Source: a virus (lineage: Duplodnaviria > Caudoviricetes). From it: a stretch of 45,500 nt of DNA. Positions 1-8,893 of this stretch are shown here, in pieces. The position numbers and the translations under genes are program-made. The stretch is from positions 1 to 45,500 of IMG/VR virus record IMGVR_UViG_3300034965_000047. One strand, 5' to 3'. The notes beneath the pieces were generated by a model that saw nothing but the letters and a program-made list of their open reading frames with translations, made no database searches and was not told the origin of the DNA. Each line of letters opens with the position of its first letter. Position 1 is the first letter of the stretch.

Positions 1-26
1 GGTGATGCAATAACCAGGTCCACAAG
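1..26. repeat. Terminal direct repeat (circular assembly overlap), copy 1
   Basis: GGTGATGCAATAACCAGGTCCACAAG at 1-26 is identical to 45475-45500. Confidence 0.95.
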
Positions 27-336
27 TGCGGCTAATGGTGATAGCTTTACAATAAACGAGGACGGATTGTATTCAATATCACTAATTGATGGTGCCGCAG
101 GTGTATCTATACATACTGGTGTATCGGTAAATTCAAACCAATTGACTACAAGTATTTTAACGATAACGGCTATAAATAAATTATTTGAAACGCAATTTGT
201 TTCGACCAGTGCCTCCCCTGGAGGACTTTCGTTTATCGAAAGACTTTACGTTGGTGATGTAGTAAGGGTCCATGATGATGGCACTGCTGATTTTACCACC
301 GTTTGTAGGTTCAGAATTTCAAAAATAGCGGAGTGA
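1..336 (+). CDS. C-terminal part of tail fibre/receptor-binding protein (continues from 44719 across the circular join)
   Basis: Frame 1 is open from position 1 (GDAITRSTSAANGDSFTINEDGLYSIS...) and in frame with 44719-45474; joined product about 363 aa. Confidence 0.8.
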   Translation, partial: GDAITRSTSAANGDSFTINEDGLYSISLIDGAAGVSIHTGVSVNSNQLTTSILTITAINKLFETQFVSTSASPGGLSFIERLYVGDVVRVHDDGTADFTTVCRFRISKIAE

Positions 337-339
337 TAA

Positions 340-897
340 ATGTCAGATTTTATTGAGCGTAGAAAAATAACACCCGTAGAATCTGCGATAATTGTATTAT
401 CAAATGATCTTAATAATTTGCGTGAATCTGTAAAGACAGATTTACAAGATTATTCAAAACGTCTAGATGTATATATTGAACATTCAGACGCTATACAAAG
501 ACAGGTACAAGAAAGCTTGCAGAGACAGCTTGATCAAAACCAAGAACAGCACAGGGAAATGATGGAAAATGGCCGGACTTCCATGACTATTTTTAAGGAT
601 ACAATGGAACGGTTTGTTACCGATGCGTCTCAGCGAATTGATGCAATTACGGAACAACAGAGGCTTGAGGATATAGATAGAAACAAAAGGATATCGGCAC
701 TTGAAAACGGCCCAGGTAAAAATGCTTTTAAGCAATTATATGGATTAAAAATTGCAATTATTACTGGTGTTTCGGTCTTGGCTGCGACTAGTTTTGCAAT
801 TTTTGCGTTTAATTTCGTGTCAAGTCAGATAAAATTAGCGGCGTTGCCCGCTATTACCGGCAGTAGTATAATGATTCCACAAGGCGGTACAAAATGA
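340..897 (+). CDS. Coiled-coil membrane protein of the lysis region
   Basis: GGAG RBS; long heptad-rich region plus a C-terminal TM segment; lies between tail fibre and holin-like gene. Confidence 0.6.
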   Translation: MSDFIERRKITPVESAIIVLSNDLNNLRESVKTDLQDYSKRLDVYIEHSDAIQRQVQESLQRQLDQNQEQHREMMENGRTSMTIFKDTMERFVTDASQRIDAITEQQRLEDIDRNKRISALENGPGKNAFKQLYGLKIAIITGVSVLAATSFAIFAFNFVSSQIKLAALPAITGSSIMIPQGGTK

Positions 898-1229
898 GTG
901 ACGTAGTTTCAATTTCCACTGACTCTGACGTATCTAGTATAATTGACGGTGGAGACTTTTTTAAAGGCGCTGATAATAAAGTATCCATGCGAAGGGTGCT
1001 CGGATTTATACTTATATCATGTTCTATTTCATCTTTCATCGGTGCCATGTTTTTTGTTATCAGCTTAGCAATACGAATGATAGATGATCCGTCAAAAATA
1101 AATCTTTATAGCGTACTTCTATGCGTTGTATTTTTTATCCCAGGGTCTGTAATGCTAATTGGTGGCTTCTTGATATTAAAACAGATTACCGCCCAAAACA
1201 TTGCTACAATAGTTGGCAAAAAGGTTTAA
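894..1229 (+). CDS. Putative holin
   Basis: 111 aa, two hydrophobic TM segments, basic C-terminus, ATGA-coupled, adjacent to spanin-like genes. Confidence 0.6.
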   Translation: MSDVVSISTDSDVSSIIDGGDFFKGADNKVSMRRVLGFILISCSISSFIGAMFFVISLAIRMIDDPSKINLYSVLLCVVFFIPGSVMLIGGFLILKQITAQNIATIVGKKV

Positions 1230-1230
1230 A

Positions 1231-1608
1231 ATGAATGCAAAAAATATTGTTATTAGCATTATTGCTATTATCGTTGCCGTTAATATCTGCTTTTGGTCAG
1301 GATGGTTTATCAACGGAAAGCTCACAAACGACAGACTTGATCGACAGTTCACAGGCAGACTTATCGACCTTGGAGTTAATGATGCAAAATCAGCAGAGCA
1401 AAATAGACGACTTAACTCTGAAATTAGTTTCCTCACAGAACAAAATAAACGAAGCCAAGAAAGATTCAACGATATCGGCAGAGCACTTAGCGGAGCTACA
1501 GACTACGCACGACAACTTAGTGAAGGAACAGCAGGAGCGATTGAAATTATACGCCGAATTAGCGGAAAGCTACAACAAATTAAAAGCATCCTCAAAGGCA
1601 AAAGCTAA
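1231..1608 (+). CDS. Putative spanin-like protein A (N-terminal TM + coiled coil)
   Basis: ATG 1231 after AAGG; MNAKNIVISIIAIIVAVNICFWSGW TM followed by helical coiled coil, Rz-like layout. Confidence 0.55.
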   Translation: MNAKNIVISIIAIIVAVNICFWSGWFINGKLTNDRLDRQFTGRLIDLGVNDAKSAEQNRRLNSEISFLTEQNKRSQERFNDIGRALSGATDYARQLSEGTAGAIEIIRRISGKLQQIKSILKGKS

Positions 1609-1681
1609 GGTTATAATTGCATTATCAGTTATTATTGTAATTGAAACTATTTTAATTCTTGTTTTAATACCAAAGAAATAG
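1235..1681 (+). CDS. Putative spanin-like protein B (signal peptide, coiled coil, C-terminal TM), overlapping A in the +1 frame
   Basis: MQKILLLALLLLSLPLISAFG signal-like N-terminus, coiled coil, C-terminal VIIALSVIIVIETILILVLIPKK; ends at the terminator. Confidence 0.6.
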   Translation: MQKILLLALLLLSLPLISAFGQDGLSTESSQTTDLIDSSQADLSTLELMMQNQQSKIDDLTLKLVSSQNKINEAKKDSTISAEHLAELQTTHDNLVKEQQERLKLYAELAESYNKLKASSKAKAKVIIALSVIIVIETILILVLIPKK

Positions 1682-1700
1682 GGGCCAATTGGCCCCTATT
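1677..1700. terminator. Bidirectional terminator between convergent late and early units
   Basis: Perfect 24-bp palindrome AATAGGGGCCAATTGGCCCCTATT between convergent stop codons. Confidence 0.75.
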
Positions 1701-1704
1701 AATA

Positions 1705-2109
1705 TCAGAAGGGCATGTCGTCTTCAAATTTCTGGCCAGAATCACCAGGATATTGTTGCTGCTGATTTCCTTCCGTTGCCTTGTGTGCCGATGATTTAAT
1801 AACAGGGTAGCTTGTCAATTTGAATTTGACAACTGAATGCTGCCCTTTTTCATCTTCCCACCGGTCCTGTATTGGTTCGCACTGGCAAACAATTCCCTTT
1901 CCCTTTGTCATTTGCGAAATCCAGAATTGTGGCTTTTTTGTCCAGTATTCGCAGTTGAAAAAATGCGCCTTGTCCTTAAAATTTCCATCAAGTTGCTTGA
2001 TTCCTTCGTTGCAAGCCACGGAAAATTTAATGACAGACCATTCCTTTACCGGTGTTACCACTGGATCAGCTGTCAAGTTTCCCTCTAAAACCGCCATACG
2101 TATGCTCAT
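1705..2109 (-). CDS. ssb: Single-stranded DNA-binding protein with acidic tail
   Basis: LEGNLTADP, FFNCEYW and QDRWED motifs; C-terminal FEDDMPF. Confidence 0.9.
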   Translation of the reverse strand: MSIRMAVLEGNLTADPVVTPVKEWSVIKFSVACNEGIKQLDGNFKDKAHFFNCEYWTKKPQFWISQMTKGKGIVCQCEPIQDRWEDEKGQHSVVKFKLTSYPVIKSSAHKATEGNQQQQYPGDSGQKFEDDMPF

Positions 2110-5100
2110 TGCTGCAGCCCCTTTACGTCAATAGTATTTGTGATATGCCCGGTTCCTTTGTGCGAAACAACCAAGACACGAGCATCTGATTTATCAAAAT
2201 ATGCATCTTGCATTTGATAATAACCTTGAATGGATTCAACCTCAATTGGTGCGTCGGCCTCGTCCATGATGATTGGACTATAGCTTCTGTGATGTCGTTC
2301 GTTGCGCTGACGTATTAACGCCTTCGTGTATGCGTCAGCAAAAAATGCCTTGTGCCCTGGATTTTTCTTGAAAAAACTTGTATCCGTGCCAGTTTCTCCG
2401 TCATAAATCAGGATATCAAAACCGTCAGCCGCTTCCGTTCTGATAGTGTATTGTCCTTCCATAAATGGCTTAAGTATTCGGGTTGCTTCGAAGTCAATGG
2501 CCTGGATTGACATCTCAAGCTCAAGCGCTGGTATATTGGCGGGCTGTAGCGACTTTGCGATGTACGACCAGTCGACCAAGTTGGCTTCGATAGTTTCAAG
2601 ATCCAGGCGAGCTTCCGTTATTTTGGCTGTCTGGGATGCTATCGATTCCAGCTTGGCAATCAGCGCCGTGACTTCATGCTCTGCCTTTTCTTTTCTGGAC
2701 CGTTCATCGGCGTACTGAGTTCGGAGCGACTCGGTTTTGGCGTTGGCCTCTTGCAACCGTGCAGCAATGGTTTCGTCAATCTGGTAGGTCATGGCAGCCA
2801 GCGTTGCCAGTTCCTTGTCTATTTCGGAAATCTTAGATCCGGCAATCTCGCCTTCGCTGATTTTTGCGCGTATTGACGCTTCGCTGAATGGCGGGGTTTC
2901 TTCCCGGATGTATGCCGGAGGAGTTGGCGGGGCGTCTGGCAGCGTTGTTGGCTCTGTTTGGTACTTGGGTTCAATTGGCTCTGTTGGGCGCTCTCCTGTG
3001 GCCAATTTCCCTTGATACTCGGCAATCTTGGCTTGAGCAGTGGAGTATTTTTCGGCGGCGGTGCCTTCGATATGTCCGCAAGCTTCGCACGGTGTTACCG
3101 TTACCAGTTCAAGCGCCTGGATTTGAGCCTTATACCAGCCTTCCATCTGGCCGAATTTTACGTATTCGGCATTGTATTCCTGCATGGCTTGCTGATACTT
3201 GTCGCGCTCTGCTTTGTTGGCCAATTCAACAATTTGCTTGGCATCCATCAGACGCCAATTCCATTCCATTGCTTCCTTATCATAGGCATTTTTAAGATCG
3301 GTATTTTTCTGTTCGACCTGTTTTGCTTCCAGGATATCGACCAGCACAGCTTTGTTCGACTCCAGCATGTTCTGGGCGACCATCAGGCCCGGCTTGATGC
3401 TGTTCAATTGGTAAATCCGCTGCAGGTCGGTATTTTTGCGGGCCGATTCCAGCGCCGATTCATTGGCCAGCGCTTGCAGTTTGTCAACTTCCTGCTTGGC
3501 GGTCTTTCCGGTTTCGGCAAGGAGCTGCATCTTGGCGCAGGCGTCTCGCCCTATTTCAGACATGGTATCAATCGCAAGATGTACGCTTTCGCTCGATTCA
3601 ATAAACTGTTCAGCACCAGCGATCCATGCGGCCTTATCGTCCATTGCCTTGCTGGTATAGCTCTTCTGATCAAGCGCATACCTTGCCTCTGACTCACGGT
3701 TTACTCCGGCAATACCCTGTACAACGTTTCTGGCATCAACTTTCTTGGCTGCCATCAGTCCAGGGCCTTGGCTGGACTGCAACGGCTGGATATAAAACGT
3801 GGTCAGAAGGTAGTCATAATACGGGCCATATAGTAACTCGCACTTTTCCATCATCTCATCGAAGCTGGTGGTATCAAGCAGGTTTAACCCGTCAACAAAA
3901 AGAAAGCACTCGGTCTTGGCTGACTTTGTATGGGCAGCTTTGATGGTTATTAGGTGCTCATGCCTGACGCCATTTCTTAAAATGGTTTTCTTGATACTTG
4001 AATTTTCGCCATTAAAAAATTCTTTGATAGCCGATGGCCTTCCGGACTCGGTATCTTTTCCGGTGATAACCGGGTATGGCGTACAGAAACCAAGCAAGCT
4101 GGACTTTCCATCGCCCATGCGCCCGGACATCCTAGAAACACCGGATTTGCTTCCAGAGATGTCGAATTTAATGTGCCCGCCTTTCCAAAAAATGCATCCG
4201 TCAATTTCGACCGATTCGACACTGATGTCGAGAGGCTCCATTGCCTGCGGCATTACGTTTTCTCCGATTGTTTTGACTTTTTCAATGACCGAATCGGTGA
4301 CATTTTTGTCCCATACTTTGAAAATTTCAGGCAGTGACATGTCTTTTTTTACTTCTACCAATTGCGCCTTACGCTCAATTGGCCGGTGGGTTACCCTGCT
4401 CCAGAAGTGGCCAGTTGGACACTCTGCTGACTGGTCTTCGGTATCAAGCCAGTAGGCAATTTCTGGGTCATAGACGTCCAGCGGCTTGGTAATTTTACGG
4501 CGCTCTGGCGTACCGTATGGGACGCGGGTGATCACTGGTGTAGATCCTGGTCCATCGATAGTTACAAGGTTCATGGCGGGCTTAAATCCGGTCTTGCCGA
4601 ATGGGTTTGAATCATTGCCGGTAAAACCAGAATACCCAGCACTTATAATTTTTGATTCAAATGGTGTATGCAGGTGGCCAGCGCTCCACCTGTCAAGATT
4701 TGCTGGTTCAAGAATTTCGGTGCGTATCAAAATATCAGACGCTTTAAGGATTATGTCTTGCGTATTTTCACGGCGTGAATCGGTTACGTTGCCGTGAATG
4801 AGGCCAACGGCTACGGCGTTTTGATACAATGCCCGGTGCGGGGCGATAAAATCGAGCACGTATTGCTCAAGCATTTTTTCGGCTTCAAGGTTTGCTTGCT
4901 CCGCTGCAATTCCGAGGGATGCTTGAATACCATCTTTGTTGAGCTCAGGAATACCGAAAAGAACAACTCCGGGAATATTAGTATATGCCTTGCCTGGTTT
5001 AAGCAATTGCAGCCCGCAATCCTCAAGCGGTCCATATGATCCTGGTGCGTCGTGGCTTGGAGTGCCCTCGATGGCCACAACTGGGCATACTTTTGAAAGC

Positions 5101-5306
5101 ATCTTGATAATTGCTCGGGCGGCGTTAATCCCACCGGTATCTGATGATAAAACTGGCCTATCCCAGAAATCTCCAGGTATCGCTATAAAATCTACATTGT
5201 TGTCAATGGCGGATCTTCTGACCGATTCAGCTGAAAGTTTTGATGAATCAAGCCATTGGTTTGAAAAATGAAAATCAGGGAATTCAATAAATTTTATCAT
5301 TAACAT
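2106..5306 (-). CDS. Fused SbcD/Mre11-like phosphoesterase and SbcC/Rad50-like ABC ATPase
   Basis: DFH, GDFWD, GTPSHD, IHG and GHLH phosphoesterase motifs; Walker A GRMGDGKS; coiled coil with CEAC hook; Walker B IIMDEAD; VSH. Start may be 5300. Confidence 0.85.
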   Translation of the reverse strand: MLMIKFIEFPDFHFSNQWLDSSKLSAESVRRSAIDNNVDFIAIPGDFWDRPVLSSDTGGINAARAIIKMLSKVCPVVAIEGTPSHDAPGSYGPLEDCGLQLLKPGKAYTNIPGVVLFGIPELNKDGIQASLGIAAEQANLEAEKMLEQYVLDFIAPHRALYQNAVAVGLIHGNVTDSRRENTQDIILKASDILIRTEILEPANLDRWSAGHLHTPFESKIISAGYSGFTGNDSNPFGKTGFKPAMNLVTIDGPGSTPVITRVPYGTPERRKITKPLDVYDPEIAYWLDTEDQSAECPTGHFWSRVTHRPIERKAQLVEVKKDMSLPEIFKVWDKNVTDSVIEKVKTIGENVMPQAMEPLDISVESVEIDGCIFWKGGHIKFDISGSKSGVSRMSGRMGDGKSSLLGFCTPYPVITGKDTESGRPSAIKEFFNGENSSIKKTILRNGVRHEHLITIKAAHTKSAKTECFLFVDGLNLLDTTSFDEMMEKCELLYGPYYDYLLTTFYIQPLQSSQGPGLMAAKKVDARNVVQGIAGVNRESEARYALDQKSYTSKAMDDKAAWIAGAEQFIESSESVHLAIDTMSEIGRDACAKMQLLAETGKTAKQEVDKLQALANESALESARKNTDLQRIYQLNSIKPGLMVAQNMLESNKAVLVDILEAKQVEQKNTDLKNAYDKEAMEWNWRLMDAKQIVELANKAERDKYQQAMQEYNAEYVKFGQMEGWYKAQIQALELVTVTPCEACGHIEGTAAEKYSTAQAKIAEYQGKLATGERPTEPIEPKYQTEPTTLPDAPPTPPAYIREETPPFSEASIRAKISEGEIAGSKISEIDKELATLAAMTYQIDETIAARLQEANAKTESLRTQYADERSRKEKAEHEVTALIAKLESIASQTAKITEARLDLETIEANLVDWSYIAKSLQPANIPALELEMSIQAIDFEATRILKPFMEGQYTIRTEAADGFDILIYDGETGTDTSFFKKNPGHKAFFADAYTKALIRQRNERHHRSYSPIIMDEADAPIEVESIQGYYQMQDAYFDKSDARVLVVSHKGTGHITNTIDVKGLQQ

Positions 5307-5318
5307 GCTCCTAAATGG

Positions 5319-5347
5319 ATAATATTATGTAGTGCGGGATGTGTCAA
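5319..5347 (-). promoter_or_regulatory. CCGCA-type sigma70 promoter
   Basis: TTGACA-CATC-CCGCA-CTACATAA-TATTAT, 17-nt spacer, upstream of AGGAG RBS. Confidence 0.75.
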
Positions 5348-6005
5348 TAACATATTCCCAGTGAAATCCGTTACAAGCAGTTTTATTTTTATTTTTGCAG
5401 GCCCTAATAATTGAGCATGACGACTTGTTGCCATGTATTTTTGCAGCTAACGCCGCCGATTCATAAACAATCCCAGTTTCTATGCACCTTGTTTTTTTTG
5501 AATTTATTAATGATAATTTTCTTTTTGTTTCTCCTGACACGTTCCTGCCATACCAATAACATTTTTCACCTTTTCTGTTATCTGACATTTTTTTTCTTGT
5601 TTCTTCGGTTACTATTCTTGTTTTATTTGATCTTGATACACATGCCCTGTGTTCTTCTGATATTATTTTACCTTTTTGTGCAAGGCTTAATTTTCGCCTT
5701 GTTTCTTCTGTTGCCTTTCCGGAGCTGCCTCCATATGTTTTATTGTAACCAAAATTTTTATCAGTACTATTATACTTATTTATATAAAATATTTCTAATT
5801 CATTTAATTCATCTTGGCATGTATTAATCAATTCTTTAATAATTTCATATCTAAAGTTTTGATATCTGTATTTTTTTATTGCGTTTTCTAAATGTTGATT
5901 TGGTCTTTCATATTTATGTTTAATAAACCTATTTTCAATATCCCAACTTTGTCCAATGTAAACTTTTCCATTGGACAAATTAGTTATTTTATAAATACCG
6001 ATCAT
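5325..6005 (-). CDS. Free-standing GIY-YIG homing endonuclease with NUMOD-like DNA-binding repeats
   Basis: GIYKITN...YIGQS...R motif; repeated EETRRKLS/EETRKKMS units; C-terminal CIETGIVYES module; AT-rich. Confidence 0.9.
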   Translation of the reverse strand: MIGIYKITNLSNGKVYIGQSWDIENRFIKHKYERPNQHLENAIKKYRYQNFRYEIIKELINTCQDELNELEIFYINKYNSTDKNFGYNKTYGGSSGKATEETRRKLSLAQKGKIISEEHRACVSRSNKTRIVTEETRKKMSDNRKGEKCYWYGRNVSGETKRKLSLINSKKTRCIETGIVYESAALAAKIHGNKSSCSIIRACKNKNKTACNGFHWEYVIDTSRTT

Positions 6006-6601
6006 AAATCTTTCTTACTAATCACAAATTTCTGATTGTCGATCCATCCAATCGTGGCCGGCCCACGGTGCGATTTATCCCAGATAAACCACCCATAAAC
6101 CTGCATTCCGGTTGTGTATTTCCCGTCTTCCCGAAGCGCTGGCCCAAGCATCGGATATCGCGAAAAAACATGCACTTTAGAAAATGGAAATTCAGTATCA
6201 AGCCAGATATTTTTTAGGCGCTCTTGCCCATGCAAATAAGGCAACGGCAGTAGCATGGCAATCTTTTTTGTTGCAATTTTCTTTGCCTGCTGAATGAATT
6301 CAAATGCCAGTGAGTACGGTGGATTTGTAATGATGTACTCGAATTTTATCCGGCCATTCCTAACAAGGAAATTCTGGCCATCCGCTATGTCTCCGGAGTC
6401 AATGAACCAAAATCCATCATCTTTCAAAACTTTTACAATTGCCTTGTCTTTTCCGTGGCATGGCTCAAGTACAGAATGTCGATGATCAAAGTTTTCAACC
6501 TCCAAAAGCTGCTTGGTCATGCTGTATGGCGTGGGATATGCGTCGCTTTCCTTGCGCATCCCGTCATTATTTTTGCTATAGTTTTTACCAATTCCTGACA
6601 T
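6002..6601 (-). CDS. Orphan DNA N6-adenine (or N4-cytosine) methyltransferase
   Basis: YPTP, VLEPCHG (SAM-binding) and IITNPPY catalytic motifs. Confidence 0.85.
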   Translation of the reverse strand: MSGIGKNYSKNNDGMRKESDAYPTPYSMTKQLLEVENFDHRHSVLEPCHGKDKAIVKVLKDDGFWFIDSGDIADGQNFLVRNGRIKFEYIITNPPYSLAFEFIQQAKKIATKKIAMLLPLPYLHGQERLKNIWLDTEFPFSKVHVFSRYPMLGPALREDGKYTTGMQVYGWFIWDKSHRGPATIGWIDNQKFVISKKDL

Positions 6602-6777
6602 TAATGTACCGCCCTAAATTTTATTATTTCGTATTCTTTCTCGCGGCCACCGACAACGATACACGTCAACGGCGGCCTACCATGTGACACTGGGTAGCGT
6701 AGAAAATTGCGCCATAGTCGTTCTATAGCAGTTGAATGTGTTGAATTTATCCTTCTGACGTGCGGCTTTTTCATCAT
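6601..6777 (-). CDS. Small hypothetical protein (about 58 aa, not in ORF track)
   Basis: MMKKPHVRRINST...FRAVH; coupled to both neighbours (ATGA and TAATG overlaps). Confidence 0.5.
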   Translation of the reverse strand: MMKKPHVRRINSTHSTAIERLWRNFLRYPVSHGRPPLTCIVVGGREKEYEIIKFRAVH

Positions 6778-6965
6778 ATCCTCTTAAGCATCGTATTTGA
6801 TACGCTCCCCTTGCTACACTCTTCACATAGCGGGAATTTTTCTTGATAAATAAAAACAGCTGGCTTTCCGCATTGGTATGGCTGTTTTTTTACATTATCG
6901 TAGTATTCAAAACAGCATAAGAATTTAGCCGCTGGCTTTTGTTTCTGCCTTGATTTTCGCATCAT
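6774..6965 (-). CDS. Small Cys-rich hypothetical protein
   Basis: CC...CG...CEEC pattern; coupled in operon. Confidence 0.55.
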   Translation of the reverse strand: MMRKSRQKQKPAAKFLCCFEYYDNVKKQPYQCGKPAVFIYQEKFPLCEECSKGSVSNTMLKRI

Positions 6966-7231
6966 GTCCCCCTTAGGGCATGGATTCCACCGGTGCCATT
7001 GGTATCATGACCGCACAATAAAGTTGACCGTTTGAAATCTGCTTTATCTTCGATCTCTTCTTGTGTAGTGTAAAATCCATGCATTTCAATTATTCCGCAC
7101 TTTCCGCTTGAAATTCGTTCAAGCTGACTAAGGCTTGCGCATAGGCGCAGTGCGGCCATTTTACTGATCCGCCCATGCTCTGAAATGCTCTGAATAATAG
7201 CGCGCCTGGCGCGCTTGTCACTTAATGCCAT
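6962..7231 (-). CDS. Hypothetical protein
   Basis: Fills operon gap, overlaps neighbours. Confidence 0.5.
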   Translation of the reverse strand: MALSDKRARRAIIQSISEHGRISKMAALRLCASLSQLERISSGKCGIIEMHGFYTTQEEIEDKADFKRSTLLCGHDTNGTGGIHALRGT

Positions 7232-8375
7232 GATGAATTCTTGCCTCTTCTGGTATCTTTTTCTCGATATCAGAAAGCGTCTGTTTTACATTCGTCCAGA
7301 ATTGGGATTCCTCTGCCGGTGCTGTTGACGCCTTTGCCCATGTTTGAATTCTGATGGCTGAATCCATATCGTCTGGATGTATTGCACCGCTGGCGATATA
7401 TGCCGACATCGTAGACGCAAGATTTTCTCGCATGTTGATTTTTTCGGCTTTTTTTGGTTCAGGCGGAGGAAAAACGTCATCAGGAACGACCGTTTCTTCT
7501 ACGGTATTTGCGTTTCTGAACTCATCCAAGGCTGCCCCAGTGCTTATCCCAAACAGCAATTTCTGAGCATTGCCTGCACCATGCCCCTGCGCCAATGCTT
7601 GCAACCTAGCCGCCGTCTCCATCTTGAGCACTGCGGTTGACCGGCGGATTCGCGAAAACACCAAGACCCCACCAAGTAGATCGTTAGCCTTGTATCCGGT
7701 CATGAGTCCAGCAAGCTCCCTGATCGTCTTAAGATTTGCTTTTGTCTCGGCCTTCGCCCCTGCAAATTTCATTTCGGAATCAATGTGTGCCTGGCGCTGC
7801 CAGCGGGTCCGGTATTTTACCGGGTAAGCAAATTTACCCTTGTAAAAATGTTCACCATACTGGTCTTTGTCATACGCTTTATAGGCACCATTTTTGATTT
7901 CAACGGTATAGCCCTGCGTGTCGTTTTCTTCCTTGCTCCAAAGTTCACAACAGCGTTCGAAGGCGTTATAGGCTACAGAGCAAACGCTTGACTTGCGTTC
8001 CGTACCGTCTTCCTGAAGGACTGACGAATACTTGCGCACCAATCGCCCCACAACCATTTTCTGCATGTTTGGCGGGGACGATAATTCAGCCCGTAGACGG
8101 TTGATATCAACCTCTTCAACAAGCGGTTCATTAACCGAATTGTCACCGCCTGAAATTCCGCAGGCCTCAGCTATCGCATAGCATAGCTCCGGTTTTGGCA
8201 TATAGGTCTTATTCCCGACATCCGAAAAATCGGAGTCAGTGAATTTTACCTCTGTAATAATTGCCTCAAATTCTTCAGGCAATTGGTCAATGGCATCAAA
8301 GTTGACATGGCACCATTTGTCATTGGGGGTCGCTTTTCGGCAGCGCTCAACTGTTTTTGGGTCGCCTTTGATCAT
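7218..8375 (-). CDS. Hypothetical recombination-module protein (possible strand-annealing protein)
   Basis: 385 aa, AETKANLKTIREL helix, upstream of sbcCD-like and ssb genes; function inferred from context only. Confidence 0.5.
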   Translation of the reverse strand: MIKGDPKTVERCRKATPNDKWCHVNFDAIDQLPEEFEAIITEVKFTDSDFSDVGNKTYMPKPELCYAIAEACGISGGDNSVNEPLVEEVDINRLRAELSSPPNMQKMVVGRLVRKYSSVLQEDGTERKSSVCSVAYNAFERCCELWSKEENDTQGYTVEIKNGAYKAYDKDQYGEHFYKGKFAYPVKYRTRWQRQAHIDSEMKFAGAKAETKANLKTIRELAGLMTGYKANDLLGGVLVFSRIRRSTAVLKMETAARLQALAQGHGAGNAQKLLFGISTGAALDEFRNANTVEETVVPDDVFPPPEPKKAEKINMRENLASTMSAYIASGAIHPDDMDSAIRIQTWAKASTAPAEESQFWTNVKQTLSDIEKKIPEEARIHHGIK

Positions 8376-8560
8376 GATTTTTCAATGACCTCCAGCATTT
8401 TCAGGCCCTTGGCAATTGCGACAGACCGACAAAGATCAACTGCCTTTCCAAGCATATCTGCGGCAAGTTCCGGTGTCTCATACTCTGCGGTGACGTCAAT
8501 CTTGACGTATCCTTTTGCATCTTGCGCAAAATTCATTCGGCATCGTCCTGGATTTTCCAT
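8372..8560 (-). CDS. Small hypothetical protein
   Basis: AGGAG RBS directly after a promoter; ATGA-coupled to the next gene. Confidence 0.7.
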   Translation of the reverse strand: MENPGRCRMNFAQDAKGYVKIDVTAEYETPELAADMLGKAVDLCRSVAIAKGLKMLEVIEKS

Positions 8561-8578
8561 GTTATTCGCTCCTGTGAT

Positions 8579-8607
8579 ATTATCTCATTAAGTGCGGGTA
8601 ATGTCAA
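8579..8607 (-). promoter_or_regulatory. CCGCA-type sigma70 promoter
   Basis: TTGACA-TTAC-CCGCA-CTTAATGA-GATAAT; 19 nt identical to the promoter at 24504-24532. Confidence 0.8.
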
Positions 8608-8893
8608 TGCGTTTTATCCCAAGCACCATTGCAATAATCCGCTCAATAATAGCCCCGCGACTCTTCCACCACCCAGGGAGCATAAAAATATATTGGCACT
8701 GGCAAAGTTCCGGGATATCTTGACGCATATAGTCTGACCATGATGAATTTTTTGGCAAATTATCGCAGACTGAAAATGGATCAACTGGAGAATACCCAAG
8801 GCATGCTAAATCAATTACAGCTTCTGCAAAGGCGAACCGATTTAAAGCGGGCATTCCGGTAATTGGGCCGGATATATAGCATTTATTATTCAT
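8588..8893 (-). CDS. DUF4406-like (nucleoside deoxyribosyltransferase-like fold) protein
   Basis: YISGPITG...W..YMR.DI..L..C..I.MLPGW..SRGA..E pattern. Confidence 0.85.
   Translation of the reverse strand: MNNKCYISGPITGMPALNRFAFAEAVIDLACLGYSPVDPFSVCDNLPKNSSWSDYMRQDIPELCQCQYIFMLPGWWKSRGAIIERIIAMVLGIKRIDITRT

Noticed and set aside
1-26. Terminal repeat as a biological direct terminal repeat or att site
   Set aside because: It falls inside a continuous tail-fibre reading frame, typical of assembly overlap on a circular or permuted genome.
1677-1700. Perfect palindromes with a CCAATTGG core (also 30521-30542) as protelomerase or packaging sites
   Set aside because: No protelomerase is encoded; both lie between convergent genes with A/T flanks, as expected for terminators.
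2408-5271. Many alternative-frame and antisense ORFs over the sbcCD fusion (e.g. 2958-3692, 3868-4455)
   Set aside because: No motifs, RBS or promoter; expected shadow ORFs, unlike the motif-bearing antisense ORF in the intein.
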